A DNA stretch of 60,162 nucleotides, the filler included. It is 7 parts of 7 records of this genome, joined end to end, with 100 filler letters (N's around TTAATTAATTAA, not from the genome) between each part and the next. Parts side by side here need not be neighbours in the genome. Positions count along the whole stretch, not along the records: positions 31,919 to 41,722 come from DRR723986_8434; positions 41,823 to 47,508 come from DRR723986_8436; 5 more parts are not named here. One strand, given 5' to 3'. Below the pieces are notes generated by a model. It saw nothing but the letters and a program-made list of their open reading frames with translations, searched no databases and was not told the DNA's origin. The translations under genes and the position numbers were made by a program. Below are positions 32,819 through 43,589 of this stretch, one piece after another. Within the stretch, counting starts at the first letter, position 1; each line of letters opens with the position of its first letter.

Positions 32819-34296
32819 GTGAAGAGATCCTGATCAACGTGACTCCGGTAGAGACCCGGGTCGCCCTCGTTGAAAACGGCATGTTGCAGGAAGCCTATAT
32901 CGAGCGCACCAGTCGCAAGGGGATTGTCGGCAACATCTACAAGGGCAAGGTCGTTCGGGTGCTGCCCGGCATGGAAGCCGCGTTCGTGGACATCGGCCTG
33001 GAACGGGCGGCTTTCATTCATGCGTCCGACGTCGTCAGTGGCCAGACATCTGGCGACGAACCGTCAGACGCCCCCAGGACCGTACCGGATATCCGTACCC
33101 TGTTGCGGGAGGGGCAGTCCCTGGTGGTGCAGGTAACCAAGGACCCGATTGGTACCAAGGGTGCGCGACTCACCACCCAGCTTTCCATTCCCTCCCGTTA
33201 TCTGGTGTTCATGCCAGGCGTCTGCCATGTCGGGATTTCCCAGCGTATTGAAGATGATAATGAGCGCGCGCGGCTGAAATCCCTGATCGAGGAAGGTGCA
33301 GCGGAACACGATGATGTGCAGGGTGGCTATATCATCCGCACCGCGGCAGAGGCTGCCTCGGCCGAAGATCTGATTGCGGATATGACCTACCTGCACCGGC
33401 TCAGCCAGTCGATCCAGGAGCGCATTGCCAAAGCGCCGGCACCCTCGGTGGTCTATCAGGACTTGCCGTTGTTTATTCGCACCATCCGGGATCTGATCCG
33501 ACCGCAAACGGAAAAAGTGCGTATTGATAGTCGCGAGAGCTATCAGCGGGTAATGGAGTTTGTTAAAGAATTCGTCACTGAGTTTGCTGACAAGGTGGAG
33601 TACTACCCGGGTGAGCGGCCTATCTTTGACCTGTATTCGGTTGAAGATGAAATCCAGAAAGCCTTGAGCCGTAAGGTGCAGCTCAAATCCGGTGGCTATG
33701 TGATCATCGATCAGACCGAAGCGATGACGACCATCGACATCAACACCGGTGCCTTTGTGGGCCACCGCAATCTGGAAGAGACCATCTTCAAAACCAATCT
33801 GGAAGCCGCCCGTTCGATCAGTCGTCAGCTTCGGCTGCGGAATCTGGGCGGGATCATCATCATCGACTTTATCGACATGGAAGATCCCGAACACCAGCGC
33901 CAGGTGCACAGGATGCTGGAGAAAATGCTGGAACGGGATCACGCCAAAACCAAGATCACCGGCGTTTCCGAGCTGGGCCTTGTGGAGATGACCCGAAAAC
34001 GCACCACCGAAAGCCTGGGCCAGGTTCTGTGCGAGCCGTGCCCGATCTGTGATGGCCGGGGATTCCTGAAAACCGCCGAAACCGTATGCTACGAAATCTT
34101 CAGGGAAATCCTGCGCGTTAACCGTGCCTATGAGGCCGAGAATTACCTGGTGATGGCGTCCCAGAAGGTGGTGGACCGCCTGCTGGATGAAGAGTCAGAC
34201 AACGTTGCGGACCTTGAAACCTTTATCAGTAAAACCATTCGCTTCCAGGTTGAGCCTTTCTACAGCCAGGAACAGTACGACGTTGTTTTGCTCTGA
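32815..34296 (+). CDS. rng: Ribonuclease G
   Basis: [23 protein letters not shown] (S1 domain), [36 protein letters not shown]. Confidence 0.96.
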   Translation: MSEEILINVTPVETRVALVENGMLQEAYIERTSRKGIVGNIYKGKVVRVLPGMEAAFVDIGLERAAFIHASDVVSGQTSGDEPSDAPRTVPDIRTLLREGQSLVVQVTKDPIGTKGARLTTQLSIPSRYLVFMPGVCHVGISQRIEDDNERARLKSLIEEGAAEHDDVQGGYIIRTAAEAASAEDLIADMTYLHRLSQSIQERIAKAPAPSVVYQDLPLFIRTIRDLIRPQTEKVRIDSRESYQRVMEFVKEFVTEFADKVEYYPGERPIFDLYSVEDEIQKALSRKVQLKSGGYVIIDQTEAMTTIDINTGAFVGHRNLEETIFKTNLEAARSISRQLRLRNLGGIIIIDFIDMEDPEHQRQVHRMLEKMLERDHAKTKITGVSELGLVEMTRKRTTESLGQVLCEPCPICDGRGFLKTAETVCYEIFREILRVNRAYEAENYLVMASQKVVDRLLDEESDNVADLETFISKTIRFQVEPFYSQEQYDVVLL

Positions 34297-34333
34297 CACC
34301 TGAGCAGCAGGGCGTTGCAGGGAGCTGAGTCTT

Positions 34334-37300
34334 ATGTCGATCCGCGAGCCGGACAGTTCGCAACCAGCCGAGGATGAGCGCGGTCTGGTTGCCCGCGGGT
34401 TGGCGGTCTTTGCCAGTGTGGTCTGGTGGTCCATCCTGACGCTGCTGGTGTTATTCGCACTCTATGTTGGTGTCGGTCGCCAGCTCACCTCCAATATCAA
34501 CAGTTTTTCTGATGAACTGGCGGCTTCGCTCTCCGAAGCTACAGGCCTGGATGTGTCTGTTGGCAGTTTATCCTCCCAATGGTATTGGCTGGATCCTTCC
34601 ATTACCGCCAAAGACATCACCATCAATTCTCCGGATTCAGACCGCATAGCCGCAGAACTTGAGCATCTGGAATTGCGGCTCGATTTTTTTGCCTCCCTGT
34701 TCCGCTTCCGCCTGGTGTTCCGCAATTTTGACGCTGACGGTCTGGCGTTAACGGTGGTGCGCCCTACCGAGGATCCGTTTATCAATCCGGTGGAAGAGAT
34801 TGCGGAGCTTGCCGAGCCGGGTGCGCCGGAACTCCAGGAGTGGGTTCGCCTGGCTGGCCGCTGGTTGTCGAATCCGGAAGTCCGGGTGACACGGGTCAGC
34901 CTGGCGCTGGGCCCAAGCCGGCAGAACCTGCGTTTTCTGGATATTCCACAGCTTGATCTGTCCTACCAGGGCGGCTTGTTCCAGGCCGCAGGCCGGGCCA
35001 TGCAGAGTGGTACAACCACACAGCTGGCCAGTTTTGCTCTGGTAGGACAGCGGTTTTTCAGGGGTGAGTTTACCGGTCAACTCTACCTGGATGTGGATTC
35101 CGGTCGACTGTTCGACGGCCTGATTGATGATCTGAACTGGCGAGGCATACGGGTTGAAGGCTTCGATCTGGGGGGCAGTGCCTGGCTAAGTTTTGAGGAT
35201 GGCGAGCTGCAGCAGGTTCAGGGCCAGGTTCGCACCCCCTATCTTCAGTTAGGTGTTAACCGTGAATCTCTGGCGCCTCTTGAAGATATTCAGGCTCACT
35301 TCGGTTGGCGGCGGGGGGAGGCCCTACGTTTGCAGAAGCTTCGCTGGGACTGGATCGGCGATCAGGTTCTGCCGTTCAGTGTTCGCATTGAAGACGGTCA
35401 GGATGAGCTCAAGCTGGTGGCAGACTCACTGCCGCTCAAGCCTTTGCGGCGATTGGTTCAGGCCCTGGAGCTGCTGCCGGATGCTGCCAGTGAGGCGCTG
35501 GAGCATTACCAGCCTGCGGGTTTTCTGGACGACATGTTGTTTACTCTGCCAGAGCAGGGCTCCCGGTTCTCGTTAAGTGCCAGATTGCGGGAGTTCGGGG
35601 TGCGGGCCTGGTCTGGCGCCCCCCGCGCCGAGGGGATATATGGCTTTATCCAGATGAATTCAGACAGTGGCAGGGTGACCCTGGATACACCAGAACCCGT
35701 CATGCTGGGCTTTCCGCAGTTGTTCAACACTGACTGGACGCTGGACTCCCTATCCGGAACCGTCGCTTGGACCCTGGAAGGAGGGATCACCAGGGTATTC
35801 TCCGATGATCTGGAGTTTCTCTATCGCTCAGATACCCGGTTAAGCGGCGCCTTTGACCTGCGGCTGGATCGATACGGAGAGGACAATCTTGGTTTGAGCG
35901 TCGGCATAGACGGCGGCAATGCCGATATGCTGGCGGATTTCGTGCCGGCGAATGCTGTGGGTGAAGGGCTTTACGAATGGCTCACCAACAGTATTCCGGA
36001 GGCCAGCATTCGGGGGCAGTACTATGGCCATGGCCGTGTCGATTCCGCCGCGCCGTCTGGATCGTTTGTTTCCTCCATGTGGTATGAATTCGATAACGCC
36101 AGGATTCGATACGACCAGCGCTGGCCCGCTGTGGAGCAGGCCAGCGGGCGGGTTGAGATCCAGAATGCCGACACCCGGGTAGCGCTCGCTCGGGGCGAGA
36201 TCGGTGGGTTGGAACTGGAAAACGCCACTGTTCGGGTCCTTCCCGGAGATGGGGAAACTGGCACGCTGGTGCGCGTAGATGCCGCGTCGACGGTTCCGGC
36301 AGAGAGAATACCCTGGTGGCTGACCAATACTCCGTTGGGGGAGTTGTTGGGATACGGTAATACCCGGGCCCGTTATGACGGTGAGTTTGAGCTGAACCTT
36401 GGGCTGGATCTACCGCTGTCGCAAGGGCAGGACACCCGGGTTACGGCGCAGGTGAAAACGGACAATGCCGGATTCCGGTTACCGGATGCCGGACTGCGCT
36501 GGCAGAATATTCAGGCCGACCTGACTTACGACAGTGTTGATGGTTTTTCCGGGCCACCGGTTATTGCCCGCTTTTTTGACCAACCGGTCAGTGTCGTTTT
36601 TTCCATCGCTGAGGCCGGTGATGCAATGCTGATACGCCAGCAAGGTGGTCTGAAGTTCCCTGGTTCCCTGGAGGCCTTTGGCCTGACCGACGATGCCACC
36701 CCCGGGCTTGCAGGAGAACTGCTCTACACCGCAGAGCTGGAATTAGGGGGCGCCAGCGAGCCGGTGATTTCACTGTTTTCGGACCTTGAAGGTCTGCAAG
36801 TGGATTGGCCGGAACCGCTGGCAAAGTCCGCGCGTGAGCGGACTCCTCTGTCGGTCCGGGTTGACCCGTTCCAGAGCGAAGGCGTGGCCATCGCCGCGCA
36901 GTGGCAGGATCGCCTGAGCGCGGAACTCCGTTTTAAAGAGACGGGCTTTGAGCTGGTGTTTGGGCATCTGAATCTCGGGGCTCACCACCTGACCAATATC
37001 ACCATTGATGCGCTTGAGCTGGAGGACCGGTGGGTCGTTCACACCGACTCGGATCGGGCCCGGGGCAGGGTGGTGTTACCCAGGGAAGGGGGCACGGTAG
37101 AGGCCGACTTTGCAACCCTGCGCCTGGTACGGGAGACCAGTGCCGCAGAGCAGGACAACGAATTTCTGACTCTTGAGGAGCAGTTGCAGGCGTTCAGGGA
37201 GCTGGATATGGGAAATTGGCCCGACATTGATGCCAGAATCTCGGATCTCCGGCTGGATGGCGAGTCTGCGGGAAGCTGGCGTTTCAAGCTGCGCCCTGAA

Positions 37301-38044
37301 CCCTATCGGTTGCGTGTGCAGGAGGTGGAAGGCCGGCTTGGATCCCTGGTGTTGTCCGGCGATATGACCTGGAGCATTGTAGACGATCGGGAAACCACCC
37401 GGTTTACTGGTAAGCTGGAGGGCGGGGCCCTTAAGGATCTGGAAGCGCTGACTGGCAGCACCATTCCGATGACCAACGAAGAAACGGCGGTTGAACTGGA
37501 TCTGGATTGGCCGGGAAGCCCGGATGACATTGCTCTCAGCAAGATAAGCGGCACGGTTAGTGCCCGCCTGGATGACGGCATGATCATGGAGCAGAGCAAT
37601 TCGGCGCAATTGTTCCGGATCTTCAACCTGCTGAACACCGATACGCTCTGGCGCCGCCTGCGGCTGGATTTCTCGGATCTGTACGAACGGGGCGTCGCCT
37701 TTGACGCCATTTCCGGTAAAGCCAACATTATTGATGGCCTGGTGACCATGGACCCGGAACTGCAGCTGGTTGGCCCGTCCGGCGCGTTCAAACTCAGTGG
37801 CAATACCAACATGGCCGATGCATCGCTGGATATGCGCCTGGTACTGGTACTACCCGTGACACAGAATCTGCCCCTGGCTGCCATACTGATGGGGGCGAGC
37901 GCCCCCATCGGCGGCGCCTTGTTCGTGCTCGATAAAATTCTGGGCGACCCGTTGAGCAAACTGACCAGTGCGACGTACAGTGTCACAGGAACCTGGAGCA
38001 ATCCGGAAGTGGATCTGCGGGGCGTGTTCGATACCGGTGAGTAA
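34334..38044 (+). CDS. yhdP: YhdP (AsmA-like intermembrane phospholipid transporter)
   Basis: N-terminal TM anchor, 1236 aa beta-rich body, C-terminal RRLRLDFSDLY...YSVTGTWSNPEV. Position between rng and the nitrilase. Confidence 0.9.
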   Translation: MSIREPDSSQPAEDERGLVARGLAVFASVVWWSILTLLVLFALYVGVGRQLTSNINSFSDELAASLSEATGLDVSVGSLSSQWYWLDPSITAKDITINSPDSDRIAAELEHLELRLDFFASLFRFRLVFRNFDADGLALTVVRPTEDPFINPVEEIAELAEPGAPELQEWVRLAGRWLSNPEVRVTRVSLALGPSRQNLRFLDIPQLDLSYQGGLFQAAGRAMQSGTTTQLASFALVGQRFFRGEFTGQLYLDVDSGRLFDGLIDDLNWRGIRVEGFDLGGSAWLSFEDGELQQVQGQVRTPYLQLGVNRESLAPLEDIQAHFGWRRGEALRLQKLRWDWIGDQVLPFSVRIEDGQDELKLVADSLPLKPLRRLVQALELLPDAASEALEHYQPAGFLDDMLFTLPEQGSRFSLSARLREFGVRAWSGAPRAEGIYGFIQMNSDSGRVTLDTPEPVMLGFPQLFNTDWTLDSLSGTVAWTLEGGITRVFSDDLEFLYRSDTRLSGAFDLRLDRYGEDNLGLSVGIDGGNADMLADFVPANAVGEGLYEWLTNSIPEASIRGQYYGHGRVDSAAPSGSFVSSMWYEFDNARIRYDQRWPAVEQASGRVEIQNADTRVALARGEIGGLELENATVRVLPGDGETGTLVRVDAASTVPAERIPWWLTNTPLGELLGYGNTRARYDGEFELNLGLDLPLSQGQDTRVTAQVKTDNAGFRLPDAGLRWQNIQADLTYDSVDGFSGPPVIARFFDQPVSVVFSIAEAGDAMLIRQQGGLKFPGSLEAFGLTDDATPGLAGELLYTAELELGGASEPVISLFSDLEGLQVDWPEPLAKSARERTPLSVRVDPFQSEGVAIAAQWQDRLSAELRFKETGFELVFGHLNLGAHHLTNITIDALELEDRWVVHTDSDRARGRVVLPREGGTVEADFATLRLVRETSAAEQDNEFLTLEEQLQAFRELDMGNWPDIDARISDLRLDGESAGSWRFKLRPEPYRLRVQEVEGRLGSLVLSGDMTWSIVDDRETTRFTGKLEGGALKDLEALTGSTIPMTNEETAVELDLDWPGSPDDIALSKISGTVSARLDDGMIMEQSNSAQLFRIFNLLNTDTLWRRLRLDFSDLYERGVAFDAISGKANIIDGLVTMDPELQLVGPSGAFKLSGNTNMADASLDMRLVLVLPVTQNLPLAAILMGASAPIGGALFVLDKILGDPLSKLTSATYSVTGTWSNPEVDLRGVFDTGE

Positions 38045-38051
38045 GGAGGCC

Positions 38052-38879
38052 ATGATGGTTCAGGTCGCGGCAATACAAATGGTCAGTACCCATGACATCG
38101 ATGCCAACCTCGAAGAGGCCCGCAGACTGCTGGCTGAAGCGGCAGGCGCAGGGGCGAAGGTGGCGGTGTTGCCCGAGAACTTCGCCGTTCTGGCCACCGC
38201 GCAGATGCTGGAGTGCGGCCGCCGGGAGGCGAGTAGCGAGCCTGTTATCCGTCGCTTTCTGGCCGAGCAGGCCCGGTCATTGGGGCTCTGGATTGTCGGC
38301 GGTTCCCTGCCGTTGGCCAGTCGGCGAGATGGTTCAGAGATAACAGACCGAGTACGCGCCACCTGTCTGGTGTACAACGATCATGGCGAAGAAGTGGCCC
38401 GCTACGACAAGATTCACCTGTTTGACGCCATGGTTGAAGACGCCCACGGCCAGTATCGGGAATCGGATACCTTTGAGCCCGGTGATCAGGCGATTACGGT
38501 GGATACGCCGGCCGGACGACTGGGGTTGGCGATCTGTTACGACCTTCGCTTTCCAGAACTGTTCCGGGCCTTGAGAGAGCAGGGCGCCGAATGGGTCTGC
38601 CTGCCCAGCGCCTTTACCTGGCAGACGGGCAATGCCCATTGGCACGCCCTGATACGCGCCCGCGCCATTGAAAACCAGGTCTGGGTGGTGGCGCCGGGGC
38701 AAGGGGGGCAGAACAGTAGCCGGCGAAGAACCTATGGCCACAGCCTGATCTGCGATCCCTGGGGTAAGATCGTCAGTGAGTTCGACGAAGGTCCGGGCAT
38801 GGCTTGCGCCAATCTGGACCTGGAGCAACTGCATCAGTTGCGAAGCCGTATGCCCGTGTGGGAGCATCGGCGGCTCTGA
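38052..38879 (+). CDS. Carbon-nitrogen hydrolase (Nit1-like amidase)
   Basis: LPENF, YDKIHLFD, ICYDLRFPELFR, RARAIENQ, GHSLICDPWG. AAGGAGG RBS. Confidence 0.92.
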   Translation: MMVQVAAIQMVSTHDIDANLEEARRLLAEAAGAGAKVAVLPENFAVLATAQMLECGRREASSEPVIRRFLAEQARSLGLWIVGGSLPLASRRDGSEITDRVRATCLVYNDHGEEVARYDKIHLFDAMVEDAHGQYRESDTFEPGDQAITVDTPAGRLGLAICYDLRFPELFRALREQGAEWVCLPSAFTWQTGNAHWHALIRARAIENQVWVVAPGQGGQNSSRRRTYGHSLICDPWGKIVSEFDEGPGMACANLDLEQLHQLRSRMPVWEHRRL

Positions 38880-39404
38880 TTACTGCTCGGCGTCGTCGAT
38901 CCATTCCCGCAGAGCCCGGAACAGCTTCCGGGCCTGGCCGGTATTCTTGCCTTTTTCGACGTCCTTGCGGGCATTGCGCACCAGATTGCGCAGGTGCTGT
39001 ACATCGGCCGAAGGGCAGTAATCAATAAACTCTCCTACCACCTTGTCACCTTCGGAAATCATCCGGTCGCGCCAGCGCTCGGCCAGATGGTGTCTGCGGG
39101 TATGCTCTTCGCTGCCAGCGTGGAAGGCGTCGATGGCACGGCCAATAGCTTCGGGGTCGTCCTCCTGGCGCAACACCTTCCCAATGTACTGCAAGTGTCG
39201 CCGGCGGGCCTCACGCTGGGGAATCCGGCGTGATTCAATGATCGCCGCTTTCAGGGTCTCGCTGATGCTCAGGGTGGCCAGCTGTTCGTCGTTCAGGTCG
39301 AGCATGCGTTTGCCCAGATCCTGAAGCGCGTGCATTTCGCGCTTCAGCTGCGATTTGCTGGGGCCAAGGTCGTCCTGGAATTCGTCGTCAAATTGGTCAG
39401 TCAT
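38880..39404 (-). CDS. yjgA: Ribosome biogenesis factor YjgA/DarP
   Basis: PSKSQLKREMHALQDLG, RRRHLQYIGK, ERWRDR, QHLRNLVRNARK, RKLFR. Confidence 0.92.
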   Translation of the reverse strand: MTDQFDDEFQDDLGPSKSQLKREMHALQDLGKRMLDLNDEQLATLSISETLKAAIIESRRIPQREARRRHLQYIGKVLRQEDDPEAIGRAIDAFHAGSEEHTRRHHLAERWRDRMISEGDKVVGEFIDYCPSADVQHLRNLVRNARKDVEKGKNTGQARKLFRALREWIDDAEQ

Positions 39405-39421
39405 GGTAGATCACAGGTTGC

Positions 39422-40783
39422 TCAGGCATAGAAAATGGTGGCCAGTCCCAGGAAGGCCATGAAGCCGACAACGTCGGTTACGGTGGTGAGTATCACACTG
39501 CCGGCCAGGGCCGGGTCAATGTTCCGGGATTTCAGGAACAGCGGCAAGACGGTGCCCACCAGCGCCGCCGCCACCAGATTAATAACCAGTGCCGCCGCGA
39601 TGATGGCACCAATCAGCCAGTCCTGGAACCAGACCACCGCGGCGGTGGCAACCACCACCGCCCACAGCAGGCCGTTCAGTACCCCGGACAGAAACTCACG
39701 GTTCAGTAGCCAGCCCACGTTGGCACCGCTGATCTGGCCAACGGCCATGCCCCGGATCACCAGGGTCAGAGTCTGGCTACCGGCAATGCCGCCCATGCTG
39801 GCCACAATTGGCATCAGTACGGCCAGTGCCACGACTTTGGCAATAGTGTCTTCAAACAGTCCAATCACGGCCGATGCGGTAAAGGCAGTGATCAGATTAA
39901 TGCCCAGCCAGACCGCGCGCCGGCGGGTGGTCTTCATCACCGGGGCAAAGGTGTCCTCGTCTTCATCCAGACCAGCCATACTCATCAGGGAATGGTCTGC
40001 ATCCTCACGGATAACGTCGACCACGTCATCGATGGTGATCCGGCCCAGCAGCTTGTTGGTCTCATCCACCACAGGGGCAGAAATCAGGTCGTAGCGTTCG
40101 AACAGAGTGGCGACCTTGGTGTCGGACAGGGACACGGGAATGGGTTCAATGTCCGTGTCCATCACTTCCCGAACGGTAGCCGCGGGATTGGATACCAGCA
40201 TCCGGGTAATGGGCAGCATGCCGATAAACTCGTCCCGACGGCTGACCACAATCAGGCTGTCGGTCATCGGGGGCAGGCTGCGGTGACGGCGCAGGTAGCG
40301 CAACACAACGTCGATGCTGATGTCCGGCCGCACCGTGATGGTATCGGTGTTCATCAGGCCGCCGGCAGTGTCCTCCGGGTAAGCGAGGACTTCCTCGACC
40401 CGCTGACGGTCTTGCTCGTCCATGGTGTCCAGGACTTCCTGGATCACCGTGTCCGGCAATTGCTGAAGCAAGTCGGCCAGGTCATCCGACTCGAAGTCTT
40501 CCAGAATGTCCGCCAGCTCCTGCGCGTTCAGCTGGCTCAGGAAGTAGCTACGAATATCGTCGCCAAGGTACTGGAGGACTTCCCCTTCCAGCTGCTTGTC
40601 GACCAGGTTCCAGAGCAGGGCCCGTTGGCGTGGTGGCGAGGATTCCAGAAGGTGAGCAATATCGCTGGGGCTCAGGCCGCCATTCAGAATGCGGGCCACC
40701 TGCTTGAGGGCGCCACTGTCCAGCGCTTCACTGAGTGAGCGAAGGCGTTGGCGGGCCTGGCTTTTTTCCAGAATGTCGGTCAT
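39422..40783 (-). CDS. mgtE: Magnesium transporter MgtE
   Basis: YPEDTAGGLM, CBS pair, GRITIDD, MGGIAGSQT, DPALAGSVILTTVTDVVG. Confidence 0.95.
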   Translation of the reverse strand: MTDILEKSQARQRLRSLSEALDSGALKQVARILNGGLSPSDIAHLLESSPPRQRALLWNLVDKQLEGEVLQYLGDDIRSYFLSQLNAQELADILEDFESDDLADLLQQLPDTVIQEVLDTMDEQDRQRVEEVLAYPEDTAGGLMNTDTITVRPDISIDVVLRYLRRHRSLPPMTDSLIVVSRRDEFIGMLPITRMLVSNPAATVREVMDTDIEPIPVSLSDTKVATLFERYDLISAPVVDETNKLLGRITIDDVVDVIREDADHSLMSMAGLDEDEDTFAPVMKTTRRRAVWLGINLITAFTASAVIGLFEDTIAKVVALAVLMPIVASMGGIAGSQTLTLVIRGMAVGQISGANVGWLLNREFLSGVLNGLLWAVVVATAAVVWFQDWLIGAIIAAALVINLVAAALVGTVLPLFLKSRNIDPALAGSVILTTVTDVVGFMAFLGLATIFYA

Positions 40784-40874
40784 TGAACCACCTGCGATCA
40801 GAAAACCTTTGCATTATAGCGGAGTTAGGTGGCACACGTGAGAAAGGATTGTAGGTGAATGACGAAACCGGAGG

Positions 40875-41144
40875 TTATTCTCCCTCACCAAAATAATCGT
40901 TGATCAGGGCAGCCAGCGCGTCGATGGCATCCTGTTCGTCCGGACCATCGGCAACCAGTTCCACTTCGGTGCCCTGGCTGGCGGCCAGCATCATCACCTG
41001 CATGATGTTCTTGGCGTCTACGTCCCGGCCTTTGCCGCGGATTCGCACCTTGCTGTCAAAGTCTGATGCGGTGGCCACAAGCTTCGCCGTAGCCCGCGCA
41101 TGCAGGCCGAGTTTGTTGATGATGGTGATGGGGCGGCAAATCAT
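40875..41144 (-). CDS. ptsO: HPr-family phosphocarrier NPr
   Basis: NKLGLHARA (phospho-His), DAKNIMQVMML. Downstream of rapZ. Confidence 0.9.
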   Translation of the reverse strand: MICRPITIINKLGLHARATAKLVATASDFDSKVRIRGKGRDVDAKNIMQVMMLAASQGTEVELVADGPDEQDAIDALAALINDYFGEGE

Positions 41145-41150
41145 AGGCGC

Positions 41151-41722
41151 TCAGATTTCTCCCCGGGCTTGAAGGTGTGGCAGTTCGGTGTGGCGCACCT
41201 GCACATTGCGGTAATTATCGCGGAAATAGCGTCTGAGCTGCTCACACACATAAACGGAGCGGTGCTGGCCACCGGTGCAACCGATGGAAATGGTCATGTA
41301 ACTACGATTGCTGTCGGCGAACGAGGGCAGCCAGGTATTCAGGAAGCCCGTGACGTCATCCACCATCTGACGTGTCAGCGGTTCCCGTTCAAGAAATTCG
41401 ATGACCGGTTGATCAACGCCGGTGTGCTTGCGCAGGCTGGTGTCCCAGTATGGATTGGGCAGGCAGCGGACGTCGAATACGTAGTCTGAATCCACCGGCA
41501 CGCCATGTTTGAAGCCAAAGGACTGGAACAGCAGTGCCAGTTCCTGATCCTTGCGGCCGGCCACGCGCTGCTTGATCATGTCGCGTAGCTCGTACATGGA
41601 GAGCCCGGTCGTGTTGACGTAAAGATCGGCCAGCTTTGACAGGGGTTCCAGCAATTGCTTTTCGTTGGTGATTGCCTCCCGAAGAGACGTCTTGTCATCG
41701 CTCAGCGGATGCTTGCGGCGGG
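41151..41722 (-). CDS. rapZ: RNase adapter RapZ, 3' fragment
   Basis: SFGFKHG, FDVRCLPNPYW, SIGCTGGQHRSV. Confidence 0.93.
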
Positions 41723-41822
41723 NNNNNNNNNNNNNNNNNNNNNNNNNNNNNNNNNNNNNNNNNNNNTTAATTAATTAANNNNNNNNNNNNNNNNNNNNNN
41801 NNNNNNNNNNNNNNNNNNNNNN
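41723..41822. other. Artificial contig linker
   Basis: N44-TTAATTAATTAA-N44. Confidence 0.98.
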
Positions 41823-42435
41823 TGTCTTTCATCGTCTTCAGGCCAACCCACAACCCCGAAAACCGAGACAGGGCAAAGGCATATGTTCCATAATCCAGAA
41901 TTTCCTGCACACCGGCAGGGCTGACGATCGGCATATAGGCATCCATCAATGCCCATTCTGATTGATGCAAAACAGTCGAGCTTTCGCCAGTATGGTCATC
42001 GCCCATCGCCATGACAACGCCGCCCAAAGCCGACGTCCCGGCCATGTTTGCATGCCGGATAACATCACCCGACCGATCCACACCGGGACCTTTGCCGTAC
42101 CAAAGTCCAAACACACCGTCGAACTTACCGTCACCGCGCAACTCGGCCTGTTGCGATCCCCACAACGCTGTTGCAGCCAAATCCTCGTTTAAGCCAAATT
42201 GAAACTGTACATCAGCCTCAGCCAACGGCTTTGCAGCACGGGTCATCTGTTGATCAACGGCCCCCAAGGGCGACCCGCGGTATCCAGTGACCAAACCAGC
42301 AGTGTTATGCCCATCAGCAACGTCACGCGCCTTTTGCATCAGCATCAGGCGAACAAGGGCTTGTGTTCCATTCAATAGAATCGGGCTTTTGGTCAGATCG
42401 AAACGGTCGTTCAGTGAGATTTTTGGCTGACTCAT
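41823..42435 (-). CDS. Indolepyruvate ferredoxin oxidoreductase family protein (fused type), 5' fragment
   Basis: NGTQALVRL, GYRGSPLG, GLNEDLAATALWGSQQ, WYGKGPGVDRSGD, GDDH. Confidence 0.92.
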
Positions 42436-42598
42436 CAGACGTCTCCCCTCGTCAGATTTGTTTGCGTTAAAATCATATTAGGTCATAAATGCTGACCTGT
42501 ATAGGCATATTTTTGTCTCAACCTCGCAAGAAGGTTGATTGTGCAGCCCAACTTCCCTTTGATATAGGTCGTCGGCTCTAGATCGGAAAGAGAAGCCA

Positions 42599-43504
42599 AT
42601 GGACTGGGACAAATTAAGAATTTTTCATGCGGTGGCTGATGCAGGCAGCCTGACACACGCCGGTGACAAGTTGAATCTGTCACAATCCGCTGTCAGCCGT
42701 CAAATCCGCGCCTTGGAAGAGTCACTGAACTCAACCCTGTTCCATCGCCATGCGCGTGGATTGATTCTTACGGAGCAGGGCGAACTTCTTTTTGATGCAA
42801 CCAGCGCCATGTCCAAACGGTTAGACGCGGCAGCCGCACGCATCCGCGACAGCAAAGAAGAGGTCTTTGGTGAGCTCCGCGTAACGACCACTTTTGGCTT
42901 CGGGACACTTTGGCTCGCCCCCCGCTTGCCACACCTCTATGAGAAATACCCAGACCTCAAAGTCGATCTGATGCTCGAAGAGCGCGTGCTTGACCTTCCC
43001 ATGCGCGAAGCCGATGTGGCCATCCGCATGAAAGAGCCGAGTCAGGCGGACCTAATTCGCAAACGCCTGATGACCGTGCAAATGCAACTTTACGCGTCGC
43101 GCAGCTATATCGAGAGCAATGGCATGCCGACGGAGCTTAGCGATATTTCTTCGCATCGGCTGATTTGCCAGAACCCGTCAGCTGCCCAAGTTGGCGCAAG
43201 TGCTTTGCTGGTCCAGAACCTGATGACACACAATCCGTCGTCGCTGTTGACGGTAAACAACTACTTTGGTGTTTTGCAGGGCGTCTTGCATAATCTCGGC
43301 ATCGGTGTCTTGCCTGACTATGTGACACAGGATTTCCCGGATCTCGTTCATGTCCTGCCTCAAATCGAATCCGCTGATGTTCCTGTGTTCCTCGCCTTTC
43401 CAGAAGAGTTGCGGCACTCGCAGCGCATCGCAGCTTTCAAAGAATTTGTTCAAGAAGAGATCATTTCGCATCGCAAACAGTTGAGGCAGATGGGAAAACT
43501 CTAG
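42599..43504 (+). CDS. LysR-type regulator, VtlR/LsrB-like
   Basis: MDWDKLRIFHAVA...SQSAVSRQI...LFHRHARGLILTEQGE and LDLPMREADVAIR, the pattern of the VtlR/LsrB group. Followed by an anti-SD sRNA. Confidence 0.88.
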   Translation: MDWDKLRIFHAVADAGSLTHAGDKLNLSQSAVSRQIRALEESLNSTLFHRHARGLILTEQGELLFDATSAMSKRLDAAAARIRDSKEEVFGELRVTTTFGFGTLWLAPRLPHLYEKYPDLKVDLMLEERVLDLPMREADVAIRMKEPSQADLIRKRLMTVQMQLYASRSYIESNGMPTELSDISSHRLICQNPSAAQVGASALLVQNLMTHNPSSLLTVNNYFGVLQGVLHNLGIGVLPDYVTQDFPDLVHVLPQIESADVPVFLAFPEELRHSQRIAAFKEFVQEEIISHRKQLRQMGKL

Positions 43505-43505
43505 G

Positions 43506-43522
43506 TATGCGTTCAGGGCATA
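43506..43522 (+). promoter_or_regulatory. Palindromic LysR box TATGC-N7-GCATA
   Basis: Perfect dyad containing T-N11-A, ending about 30 nt upstream of the putative -35 of the sRNA. Confidence 0.6.
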
Positions 43523-43554
43523 TCGGCAATTACACAAACGCAGTGTGATACTTC

Positions 43555-43582
43555 TTGTGCAAACACACTCTGCCACTTAAAT
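43555..43582 (+). promoter_or_regulatory. Putative RpoH-type promoter TTG-N18-CTTAAAT
   Basis: Spacing places the start near 43590, where the first sRNA hairpin begins. Confidence 0.5.
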
Positions 43583-43589
43583 CGACATT

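Noticed and set aside
33064-40738. Long antisense ORFs in rng, yhdP and mgtE
   Set aside because: Typical shadow frames of GC-rich coding sequence.
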